Shown in pieces: positions 26,701 to 38,514 of a DNA stretch of 64,000 bases. Origin of the DNA: Blasia pusilla (lineage: Eukaryota); assembly GCA_050084515.1 (NCBI GenBank), contig CM114271.1, forward strand, positions 6,262,001-6,326,000. Direction: 5' to 3'. Positions within the stretch are counted from its first letter, which is position 1, and every line of letters begins with the position of its first letter. A model generated the notes under the pieces. It was not told the DNA's origin. It saw only the letters and a program-made list of their open reading frames with translations, and did not search any database. Both the position numbers and the translations under genes were made by a program.

Positions 26701-28209
26701 GAAGACATGCCATCGGCGACCACAGGTCTTGAGAGCAATGTTCCCTAAGGAAACTGATGGAGAGAAGGATTAAGTAAAGGATATATGAAGGATGCTCAAG
26801 CGGGGAATACCTGAGGAAGTTGAAGCGAGGGGGTGAGAAGGTGGCCAACATAAGTTTGAGGCACCTGATTTACTAAGGTTCAAGCAGTAGGATCTATGTA
26901 GGGCAAGCGAGAATGCGAACCAAGGTGTTAGCGGAATGTCACGACGGACCCTTGGTAGAACATAAAGGAGAGAAATCTCGCTAGCTGTTACAGTCGAAGC
27001 GGTTCTTTTGGCCCAACATGAAGGAGGATGTTGCTCAATATGTGAAGACTGTGTGACGCCTTAGCGAATAGAGTCTCTTATGATAAGAAACAAGGCTTCT
27101 TTGCATCCCTTGCCCGATCCCCGAAGGACCCTTGCAAAGTGTGAGTATGGATTTCATCACGAGTCTTCCGAATCAGGGGGGATACAATGCTATCTTGGTG
27201 ATTGTTGATCGGTTTAGCAAGTTGGCGAGATTCGTGCGGCGGTGGATTCCTGAACGGCGTATCTGACGGCGCAACTATTCCTTGATAGCTGGTGGCGTCG
27301 CATGGTTTGCCGAGGAGCATTGTTTCAGATCGGGATCAAAGTTTACCGATGCTTTACGGAAGCACTTGTTCGAAGGTTTAAGACCAAGCTGAGTTTGATC
27401 GGCTTTCCACCCACGACCGGATGGACAGATGAAAAGGTAAACTCTATCGTGAATCAAGACTTGAGGAATTATGTCGAGTCTTGATCAACGCGATTGGGTC
27501 GTGTGGTGAGCATGGCGGAATCTTGCTACAACTCGACCAAGCATTCTCGCAACAGGAGAATCTCCGTTTCTTCCGGCAAATGGACGAGAGCCAGAAGGGC
27601 CTCTTGATCTAGCCCTTCGAAGGGTACTACATTGGCACGACCACGACAAGCGGCGAAGAAAGTTTGTTGGTAGAGATGCGAGAACGAGAAGAGAGCGAGG
27701 CGAAGTCTTGCAAAGGCTCAAATGAGGTACGTTAAGCATGCTAACAAGAGTCGGCGCCAAGTACGATTCCAAGTTGGAGAACAAGTGTGGTTGAGTGTGA
27801 AGAATCTCACTCTTCCGAAAGAGTTGTATCGGTCGTCTGCCAAGTATCTTTGGACCGTATGTGATTGTGGCAAACCCGTTTGAGGATGTGTATACGTTGA
27901 AATTGCCCGGACGAGTTCAAGATTCACCCGACCTTTCATGTGTCATTATTGAAGAAATACCTTCAAGATAATGGACGTTTCGAGCGGAGACAGGTGGTGA
28001 GACCGCACTCGATCATCGTAAATGAGGAGCCGGAGTTCGAGGTGGAGACCATCTTACGTTCGAGGCGTCGGGCCAACAAGTATGAATACTTGGTAAAATG
28101 GAAGGGCTACCATGTGAAGGAGGCGACTTGGATTGCGGAGGCGGATTTGGAACACGCGCAAGAATTGTTGCGTGACTTCAAGCGAACACAAGCGAAGCAC
28201 ATACGTTAG
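23712..28209 (+). pseudogene. Chromovirus gag-pol (gag, Zn knuckle, protease, RT, RNase H, integrase, chromodomain), frameshifted as given
   Basis: [78 protein letters not shown]; chromodomain EFEVETILRSRRRANKYEYLVKWKGYHVKEATW. Confidence 0.93.
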
Positions 28210-28888
28210 TAAGAGGAGAAGCTAGAGACATGACTTGTAATCAGTGGAATCTTGGGCCGAAGGCCGTTGTAACTAGGATATGCTAGTGTTGCAATAAAGG
28301 AGTGTATGGATTTGGAGATTCGATACCAATGTTGATTGCAATTTGTATGTGGTAGTGCATGGCTATGAGTCGTTCATCATAGACTTAGAATGTACGACAA
28401 GAGGACAGACAAGGAGTATTTGAGGTGAGAGCTCGTATGTGGATAAGCACCTAGAACAGGACCTTGTGTTGGATTACACTTGGGCTCGCCCTAGCGTCGG
28501 CGGGGCAAATGAAGTCTGTCTTGGGGCTTGGGGTGATCTTACTTGTGGCCACATAAGTAAACTTAGTGACGCGCCTAAGTCGAATACGAGAGCGACCCAA
28601 TAGTAGTACGATTTGTGGACCAGGTAAACAGGTGTGATGTTTACGATGTGAATGAGTCGAAAGAGTCTAAGGTTGCACACTTAGTTAGCTTATTTGAAAG
28701 GTTAGTTCCTTGGAACTAGTCCAGGCTTATTGAAGATGAGAGGCTAATAATTCTAAGTGGGGCAAAGCGACAACTAGAGACTAAGAGGAATTGCGGGTTA
28801 GCCACGAGAACGCAATTCAATGTCAAGGGGTAGGCTGCCCAGGAGACTTGACATAATAAAAGTTTGCGTTGATGAGGGCATCAACCTC

Positions 28889-28903
28889 TAAAAGAGGGGT
28901 GAG
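28889..28903 (+). promoter_or_regulatory. Polypurine tract
   Basis: aaaagaggggtgag immediately before the TG of the 3' LTR. Confidence 0.75.
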
Positions 28904-29903
28904 TGTCGCGACCCTCATGACCAAACAAGTGCCAAGCGGAATATCGGAACATTAGCGGGCTCACGCTAAGATGGTTTGCGCGTTGGAGTTGTCTCAAAGA
29001 GGAGACAAGAGGCGAGGCGGCGAGAAGTCGCGTTTCAGATGTGATGGTCGCAACTCAGAAACCTGGACCAAACGCGGAATGAGACTTGAAAGAAGTCGAG
29101 TCTAGGAAGTGGGTTGCCAAAGGAAAGATCCGGATTTGGAACGCCACTTGCGTTTGAGAGTTTCCGACTGTATTTATGGCCATAACTTTTAGCGCCAAGA
29201 TGCGTTTGGAGCAAATAAGAGTGCGTTGGAAATCTTATGAAGAGCCGGTTCAAACACACCAAAGATCGCTGCAAACGCATAAGCAGCGGCCGAGATACGA
29301 CCCGAAAACGACTGTAAGTGGAGTCGGGTTGAGGGCCACAATGAAGGGCCCGAACCTCTTTTCCCAAAGGGGAGGGGTTATTGGAGAACCCCAGAAGTAC
29401 TAGTAAGGGGGAAGGTCTCCGAGAGTGCTTGGAACCCAAACCCCACTTTGGGCCGCCGCGGGGCGCTCAAGGGCATGGAACAGGAACGCGAGTTTGGGCG
29501 TTGGGTTGGAAAACCTGCACCAAGTCCATTGAGGCGATTTTAGACATCCCTCTTGGATTTCACGCCGCGACTCAATTACTTGGGTCTCGGTTCGGAACTC
29601 ACACGAGGACCGTTGAACAGTTGGGATCGCTAGGCGTGCAAGTGCCGTTTCAGATCCCTGGACTAACCAGGAAGTCTGTTCCAAGTCTTGAAGGACTTGC
29701 CATGTGTTGGGAGCTAGGAACTAAGGAAGGTTGAGCTTGATGAGACGCCGAGTTTAGGACTCGGTGGGTTGGAACGCCGGTTGGCCAAACCCGACTAACG
29801 AGAGTGCGTGTTTGGGTGCGGATCGGCGATGAGTTCGTGACCTACTGAACGCACGCTTCCGCAACACTAAAGATTGACGTTCAAGGAGAGTAGGGGCGGG
29901 ACA
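28904..29903 (+). repeat. 3' LTR of the chromovirus
   Basis: Copy of 22564-23565, followed by the TSD ATATG. Confidence 0.95.
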
Positions 29904-30819
29904 ATATGTGATGGCCAATCCCAATCTATTTTCCAAAAACTACATACATAAAAAATAATTTTGTAGAAGTGTATATGAAATTGGTGTAAATTTTCATGTG
30001 CATCCTCATTACTAACAAATGGCCATAGCGGTTATGCTAGCAGGGACCTTCAAATGCCTCTTTTTGCGGGCCAAGAGCCATACATTCAACTTTTCCAATT
30101 AGAAGTCTTTAAGAAAAACCCCAAAAGTGCACTTTCTTTGTAGAAGGATTTTTTTAATGCCCCCTACTAGAAGTGAGGAAAACAATATTACTCTCTCATG
30201 ATGGCTAATAGTTTTATTTCCATGGGAGCAAATTTGATGCAACAAAATGTTTAGGACTAAACTTGAGATATGTTGTTAGTCTCATATGGATTTAATGCTT
30301 TCCTTCTTGTGGAATTAATGGATTGGATTTAGTTTAATTCTATGTGCACTTGATATAGTCTTCCGTCTCAAGTGTACCGAGCGTAAGTGCAATCCGTGCT
30401 ATAGTGTAAGGAGCCCATGTCATCTTTTAAAAAATGGAATGAGAGTAGTTTGCAGATTTCTTGCAGTTTTTATAAGTGTTTCCAATTGTCCACAACACAA
30501 CAAAATCCTAAGTGCAAGCCATCTATGAGTGTTGTGTTCACCAATCTAATAGTGTATACACTTGGAATATGTACTTATTCAAAAGTGCATATAGAGAGAA
30601 TCGGAAACTACCGATAACTAAACATTAAGTTTTCTTAGTGTAATGCTTGTAGTTATCTATTTTGCGTGCGAATTGAGGGGGGTATGTATAGTCGATATGG
30701 GGGGGAGGGGGGATGTTGACCCATTATCAAAGAGAAAAGTGGTTGATGGGCATTCTTGAGGAGTGATTGCTGTAAAATTTTGTTGGGAAGGTATATTTTT
30801 GGAGGGGAGGAAATTCATC

Positions 30820-31960
30820 ATATTGACTCATAGGAAGAAGAGGGAATGGTGGCATTGCAAGCAAGGGAATCCTTCAAAGTTGAGATCTTAAGGCGTGGGT
30901 GGTTTCTTAGTATGGAGTTCAAGGACATGAAGCCACAATTTGTAGATTGTTGAGTCGTTCTTTAGCTTTTCTTTCTCATCATACATGAAATAATGTTAAG
31001 ATAAGGAGCAATGCTCCATGCCCACTAGTCAAGGAAGCTCTATATATTAAGTGGTTTCAAATTGTGCAGAAAGCTCACTTGACTATTTTTTATGATTTCA
31101 TCATTGAGAATAGGAAAGCAGTCCATGAGGTGTTGTTGAGTAGAGATGTCCTAACCTCAAATTTGAAGGATTGCAAATTCAGCATAGGATGGTTGACAAG
31201 GTTTAAGAAACAAAAAAATATTTGCTTGAGAGTTCTTGACGGGAAAGAGGTGTTAGTGTAGTTGATTGAGACATCCTAGGATATATTGAGTGCATTGAAG
31301 GAAATTTTTTCTATATATGAGCCATATGAAAATTTCAATTTAAATAAAATTTTTTTATTTAAAAAGCTATAACCATATACCAATCTAAGGGATCAAGTTG
31401 TGAAAGGACAAAATCCAAAGAAGGATAAGTTACAGATATTGGTGATTAAGTTTATGTGCAAACATGGATGAGTCATTGAATCTCCTACCAATTATCATCA
31501 ATAAATTCAATAACCCTAATTTACTCATAACTCGTAGGATCGAAAGACTACATAATTTGGGGATCTAGTGGTACCACAACAAGAAGGCTTCCAAGATTGT
31601 AATGTCTTCCAAGATTGGATATCTTGATTTGAGAACCATATGGCCGCAAGAAGCTCTAGTAGTTGACAATGCTCAAAGTATGTTTTACCCTTGGACCCCT
31701 AAAACATACTTTGAGATTACCAAAAATATCTTTTTACGAATACCATAACAAGGTTTCAACCGATGGAGCCAAGGTTAATTTAGAGCTTCAAGGTTCAATT
31801 CCAAAAATTGTTCATAAGGAAGGAATTGTCAAATTTTGAGTAGGGACAAAAATTCAATATAGATATCTACACAACAATCATCATGGTTGTTCAAGCATGG
31901 ATAGAAGGAATGACAAGACAAACCCATAAAGAATTTCTTAAAGCATTGCGGTTAGGATGT
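30820..31960 (+). mobile_element. Degenerate pogo/Tigger-like (Tc1/mariner superfamily) transposase relic
   Basis: Fragments: CENP-B-type HTH (EALYIKWF...FSIGWLTRFKKQKNI), KG..PKKDKL, CANMDES.NLLPIIINK, WYHNKKA, LVVDNA, RFQPME.RLI. Many stops and frameshifts; TIRs not identified. Confidence 0.7.
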
Positions 31961-32493
31961 GCACATTGATACTAGGAGTGGTTGTGTGCAAGAAGGTTTT
32001 GATCTAGAGGCACTACTAGAAGATCAAGACATCGTAAGTCATATTGAAGATCTCACATAATACATAGTAGAATGGGCAATGTACTATCCAATAGACCTTA
32101 TAGTAGAGGAGCATTTGGATGATGATTCAATGGAGAATGCTCCTACATTTTCCACAAACCCTAATTTGGGATATTTCCTTCGAGGATTGGTAGAACTAGA
32201 TGAATCCACAATTGAGGATGTTGATGACGTTAAAATTGAGGAGTAGAAAATCTAGATCAATTTGAGGATTTTCTAGAGGTGCAACATAAGAGTTATGGAC
32301 TGGATATGGCCCACTTTCAAGCCTTGCAAGTTTTTCTTTAACAACATGAGTATAATACTTCCACATTGATTTTTGATTCAGAAAAAATGAGGAAGGATTG
32401 CACTCGAGAGCACCTCATTTTTTTTTGTCTAAACCAAGAATGATTGAAACTTTGGGCAATAGGGAGTAATCAGGGAGGAAGGCATATGTGTTG

Positions 32494-32800
32494 CACAACA
32501 ACCATGCCCTCCAAAGTTGAGTGCAACTTAACTAACAAATGTTGAAATTGTTGATGCAATTCAACCAATCACATGCTTGTTTTAGGGTGAATTTGAACAT
32601 GTAGCATTTTTTGTTGTGCTTGATTCAATCCCAACTACTGTTGTGGAGGAAGATGTATCTATTACACAAAAACCATGCCCTTCAAAGCCAAGGGCAACTA
32701 AGCTAAAAAATGTTGAAATTGTTGATGCAATTGATCTAAACAGAAACTCGTTTGAGGGTAAGTTTGAATATGTAGCAATTTCTGTTGTGCCTCATTCAAT
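32494..32800. repeat. Imperfect direct repeat, ~135-bp copies ~171 bp apart
   Basis: aaccatgccct..aaag...aaatgttgaaattgttgatgcaatt...tttgaa.atgtagca.ttt.tgttgtgc occurs twice. Confidence 0.8.
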
Positions 32801-35800
32801 TATAGTAATAATGTTTCTTGTTCTCGATTTAATCTTACATCCAAAATATGACTTGGCTTCCAATTCAAATCCAATGAGAAGTGTGGATGGTCCTTAAAAA
32901 AAAGTGATGATCCAATGTAAGGGGGAGACATTTTTTTTATTAGTGTACAGAATCGTACACTTGCACATGAGCATCTTTTTCGCATAAGTGAGAGTTTAGG
33001 GTTTTGTGCACTTAGTCATGAGTGTTAATAGTGGGAAGGATTGAAGGTGGGAGGGATAATTTGGATAAAGCTTTCTACTTCAGCTTATCTTTTGTTTTTG
33101 ATTGTCAACCTTCATTGTTATTTTGGAGAAGAAAGGAGGTCTTAGAGGCCTTACGATATACGCACAATGACAAGACACAAACTTAAGGCAATTGATACTT
33201 CAATTAAGGTGTTGGATGATATGGTCAAGGGAGTTTTTTCTTGATTCTTTTTTGATGGCAAGGTCCAATGGGGGCAATACCAAAGTTTGCAAAGGTGATT
33301 CCAAGAGCATGGTAGTAAGTTACAAACCTCTATTGATGCCTCAACAACGGATATTTCTTCATGAAAGTGGTCCTCTATGCGAATGGGAATTGGGATTTTG
33401 AAGACAAGTAGTTCTATGTGTTAGGAAAGTTATCCTCCTCTTCTTGACAAAGTGAACTAGATAGTGAGATTACTTTGTAACAATCAAATGTTTGTCTTTT
33501 GAACAATTTCTATTAACATGGAGCCTTCTTGAAGAAGGCACGAGACAATTATTGCACTCTCTATTGCAAAGAAGTTTTTGCGCTCAGACTTTATGTTGCA
33601 CACTATTGTTTTTCTCAAGAAAATCAGAATTTGTCATAATTTTCATAAAGCATAATTCATGAATGATTCTATTGCCTCGAATAGATTCCTTCAGTCCAAT
33701 TCTTTACATTGAATGAATTCCTACCAATTATCTGGCTATGCTTGCGTAAATTTTGTTTAATTGCAAATTCATACAAAGAATGCAAACCCTTGCAATTACC
33801 GACAATTGCATTATTATGCCAATGGCTCTCAAACAAGCCGAAAATGCACATTGTATGTTTTGATAACCATATGACTAAGTTGGTGTGTACTAATTAGATA
33901 GTTAATTGCAAAGGGTGGTTTAGTATACGATGATGGTGTCGTCACATGGCCTTGCAATTAGAGGCAATAGATTGTATAATCCTTCTGTGTCAATATTGAT
34001 CCATGGCTCATGTTTTTTTTCCTCCCCAATTTTTTTAAAGAAGAAATTTTCCATCTCAATATTGTCTTTGTAAAAAATGAGCTTTTAGAGAAAAACTAAA
34101 ATAAAATCTTATTATACATTCCACCTTAAACAAACATGGGCTTTACACTTATTAGAAATTAGTCTGGATAGAAGTGGTTACGAGATTGGTTAGAGGAGAA
34201 ATTTTATTCTAGGAGTGCTTTCAAGCCACGTTCAACCAAAGGGAGATATGTGACGGCAACTCTACGTTGCTTTAAGTAGTGTAAACAAGGCAAATGACAC
34301 AAAATTTAGTGGAAAATTACAACTTAAGGCAAAAACTAGGTCAACAATATAGAAAAAATTGACAACTATCCCCATTGTTACTACCACTCAAATAAAGTCT
34401 AATTATAAATCTGAATTCCAAGATGCAACATAGAATCTAGCCCTAAGCCAACACTAGATTCAACAATTTCATAGGAATTTTTCCCTCTCTTCTATTTAAG
34501 CTCAGCTACATAATTGTCAACAAATTAAATATTTATCTTCTCCTATTATGCATAACTTCTAAGAGATCATTAAGAATGATGGCGTGGGCAATTAAGGGTG
34601 CGATTCCATGGGCCGAGTTCTTGGGGTCGCATGCAACCCAAAGAAGCTTACTCCCTTGTAACAACCGGCAGGTCTAGTTCCGTCAGGTCATTCCATAACT
34701 GGAAATGAGATTTTCAGTTACGGAAACTGCCTCACAGACGCACACAAGAAATCATCGACGGAACAACACGAGGATAGCCTTACCACCGATGGAAAAAAAC
34801 TGGAAGAACTGGTTTGTTTTGAAATATCAATCGGCCTTGGAAGGTCTCATAGGACGCGAGGACGCCGCGGCCTTCTTACGCCCAAAAATATTGGTTGCAA
34901 GAAATACGAGGATCCCCTGAAAAACCAAGGACGCCAATCATAATCTCCCGACTCTCGGTCATTTCAAAAAAATAATAGGATGTCGTTGATCGGACATAAC
35001 CCTTGGAGCCCGTGGCCATGGGATATATTGAACTCCAAGGGTTCTCCACTACTAAGGTACTAATATAAAGCGAGTGCAATGCACGAAAATGAAGGGACTA
35101 ATAATATTTCACACAAATTCAATATTTTTTTCTTGCTACCCTCATTTAAAAACCATTCCACATCCGCGAGTGTGGATGGTTACCACGATCGGGGGGACAA
35201 GCATCTTGGTGGAGGAGTGATGCCAATACTAGTCGAATCCAAACTTCAGTGGTGCGTGGAATCAAAAATTGCTTTCAGCCATAAATCTGGGTGGCGACAG
35301 CAGTTTCGTCTTCAACGAAACTTGGATCCCTAAATTTTGTCAAGAGGAGAAAGATCGCAGTTAGTAATGGTGAATCGTGTGGAAGGATCACAACTTGTAA
35401 TGTTCTTCCGCAATTGGATGACTGGTTCCGGTTATAAAACCACTTGGCAATGCATTTCTGAGAACTGTCAGCTTCCTGGGATGCGAAGCACGTTCAAGGA
35501 AGTTCACATGTCACGAGTTATCCTCCCATTGCTCACCACAATGCAACATGCTTCACATGATCCATGAGTTTTATGTATAATGCGGTGGACACGCCTACCA
35601 CGTGTTATTTTGCGGATGGTAAGAAAAGCGCACAGGCTTAGTGCTGAGCGATTATAGAATTACAAAATCGTGTTGTTCGATTCACGAAATGAAGGCTTGA
35701 ATAGATTAGCGTGTAAGTTGTGACTGTTCATGAAATGGTAGAGATATGTGACACGATCTACCATAAAGTTCTGAATCCATGAATCTTCTACCAGTTTTCT

Positions 35801-35896
35801 CCTCGTACAGGTTCCAAGACAAATTGGATTAATTTTCTCAGCCTGCTCGCTTGGATTGATGGTAATGATCTTACATTCTCAAGTGATTCTTTAGCG

Positions 35897-37766
35897 TCAC
35901 TTCGGCAGTAACTGTTGCGATTCTCGCGCTATGGTGGAGTAGATTTGAAGAGTGCAGTTACGGCACAACGTAGTAGTCTCTCGAATGTTGCAATTGGCCG
36001 TGAAGGGTTTGCAAAATGCTTCTAGTACATTCGATACTTGGTCTATATCAAGAGTGCTCGGAAGTGTTGCTGTCCATGGAATGATCATGGGTTGTTATTT
36101 TCTAACCTTTCTGAGCGCATGTACGAATGCAAAACACTGGTCTGGAAAGGCTGGCTCCTCGTAGCTTGCAAGCGACTCGATCAGGATACAGAAACAATCC
36201 GCAACGGATTTGCATATCCTTCTTTTTTAGAACCCTACTTTTCATGATTGTCTCGTATGAATTGTGAAAGTATTGGGACGTCGATCGGCCTTTACGAGAT
36301 CTCTCTCCCGCGGCTGAGTCCGAGATGGATCCATGCATATATTTCTCATAAGCCTCCTCGAAATCGATTCTTATCATTCCCAGCTGAATTTTGCAGGATG
36401 GTTATGCTCTGAGCTATTCTCTCAGCTCAATGTCAAATTGCAGTACGCGAGAATGAATGACATGAATTACTATCTTGAAATTAAAATACATGCAGAACCG
36501 GCACGGCACATTCCAGATCAATGTAGATAGGTGACAGTAAAGCGGCCAGCGTTGTAGATCCAAAGGTTCCACTCTAGCGACCACATACACATGGGGAAAC
36601 TTGGAAAGTACTCACTCTGAAGGCAGGGCCTTGGAAGAAGTTTCCCTTGTACTTGATCACGGCAGCCGCATTTGAAAACCTACAAAAGAAACGATACCTT
36701 TACTTGGAGTACAAGACGAAGAAGCACCGAAGACTCAAACTCGTTCTTCGAGTGGGGAATCTTGCTACGGATATGTAAAGTGCTACGACTTCCACGTTGA
36801 CGTTCAAAAGAACTACAGCAAGAGATCCAACGCGTCGGTTGAAACCAACACTAGACTACTAGCAGATGGACGAGAGGGATACTGTAGAGTTTCCAGTCAA
36901 TCTCTAGAATTCTCAATTGACGGGCCAGGTGGGGATCCAGCCAGCGTAAGTTTGGTGCTGAAATCGTGATATCCACGTTTAAGCCTTGCAGTCGCGGACA
37001 TGGACGCTCCCAAGAAGAATTTTCGACACCTGGACCATACATTCAACCAGCAAGTTCTTGCTATTTTCCGTTACCACTAGAGCCCTGGTCATCATCGAGG
37101 TTTAGAATAGATTGCCAAAGCGTACATGGAGAGTACAACCGTCAAAGCATGGGATCCGAGGGGTTGAATCGCAAAAACGAGGACACGAGGCGGCCTATTG
37201 AATCCGACGCACACTCATCAGCCTGATCTCGGACTTAGCGATCGGACGGTAAAATAATTCAGATGCGGATCATGAACACAAAACTGATATTCAAAGAGAG
37301 GGAAGGAAAGGAAAGGAAAGCAAAACTGAATTATGTATGGATAGTGTGTGCTAAGTCTCACAGCCCTAAGACTACGTAACATTGCCGTTGTTGAACGTCC
37401 GAAGTCATCTGCTCCATGATTGTGTGCATGACAATCATGGATTGTCATGCACACAGACTTTGACTAAAGACTCTGGAACATAGCAACAGGACGTGACCAT
37501 AATCGATTTTTGAATGGTGCACATGCAAGCTCCTTGGAATGTGATGCTTCAAGTTTCCTCCACTCAAAGATCGAGGTTCGACGATTTTTTTCCCTGGGTC
37601 TTGTAAGTTCCTGAAGCACTTCCCTCCAATCGCGACAGACAAACTTTGATACAATTGATTTCACTCTAGAAACGCGGACGGTGACAACAAATTTTCTCAT
37701 AAGCGTGTGTATAACATTATCTACTGACAGGTCATTTTCCGTTTTCCTCAACCCTACCTCAACCAT
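35897..37766 (-). pseudogene. Probable F-box/LRR-like gene, multi-exon, apparently disrupted
   Basis: N-terminal F-box-like NDLSVDNVIHTLM...SKFVCRDWREVL and LRR-like CPRLQGLNVDITISAPNLRWLD...LRILEI. A GT..AG intron-like segment lies at ~37225-37361; in-frame stops occur (e.g. 37464). Confidence 0.45.
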
Positions 37767-38058
37767 TTGTGCTGGTCCAAGAAAAAGTCGACCAATCTAT
37801 AGGTCTTGGTAAACGACCTAACACACAATGTCACAGTCCACTAGATGCTAGTACTCACGGCGTCCTCGACGTTTACATGGGGCAACTTTACAAGTACACA
37901 CTTCACAGCGAGCGAGATGGCACGCGATTTGAATCTGGCCCTTCTTGACTTCACGAATCTCGAGGTAGTAACTCGTGTCAGGATGTGCTCAATATTTTTC
38001 TGTGTGTGGAAGTGGAATGAAGCAGGAGAGGACTTGATTTATTCGACCTTAGGCATTC

Positions 38059-38154
38059 GTAGTCTAATTGCATCTTTCAATGGATTCTATTGAGGCTGCC
38101 TGCTTGAAGTATGGCAGCCTCAATAGAATCCATTGAAAGATGCAATTAGACTAC
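38059..38154. repeat. Perfect 42-bp inverted repeat with a 12-nt spacer (candidate hairpin RNA)
   Basis: gtagtctaattgcatctttcaatggattctattgaggctgcc (38059-38100) and its exact reverse complement (38113-38154). Confidence 0.95.
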
Positions 38155-38471
38155 TTAAGTGATGGGTTATTCCCGGGTTAAATCTCCATATTAGTAGAGG
38201 TCTGCCCAAAATTCCATCTTTTTCCATTGTCATCCCACTATGTCATTGCTAGATGGTGATTGTATGTATATTTCATAGGGTATCTCAATGGGGATCCCAT
38301 TTGTTGAACTTGCAAACCACTCGGTGTCACTTTGCAAGTTCCTGCTCACTAAACTAGTAGTGTCCCTAGTGTCGAACGACTTCGACACTAGCGCACTCCA
38401 AATTGGTTTCTTCCTAGGTGCAAGATTTGTTTCATCTTATAGTTATGCGCGTATGAAAGACATACAAGATA

Positions 38472-38473
<2 letters not shown>

Positions 38474-38511
<38 letters not shown>
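38474..38511. repeat. (TC)n microsatellite
   Basis: Seen directly. Confidence 0.95.

Positions 38512-38514
<3 letters not shown>

Larger units (their letters stand above)
22564..29903 (+). mobile_element. Full-length Ty3/Gypsy chromovirus LTR retrotransposon
   Basis: Two ~1-kb near-identical LTRs (TG...CA), 5-bp TSD ATATG (22559-22563 and 29904-29908), tRNA-Met PBS, PPT, and gag-PR-RT-RH-INT-chromodomain order. Confidence 0.97.

Noticed and set aside
34657-35330. Possible solo LTR (TGTAAC start, TATA at ~35063)
   Set aside because: No matching end or TSD was found.
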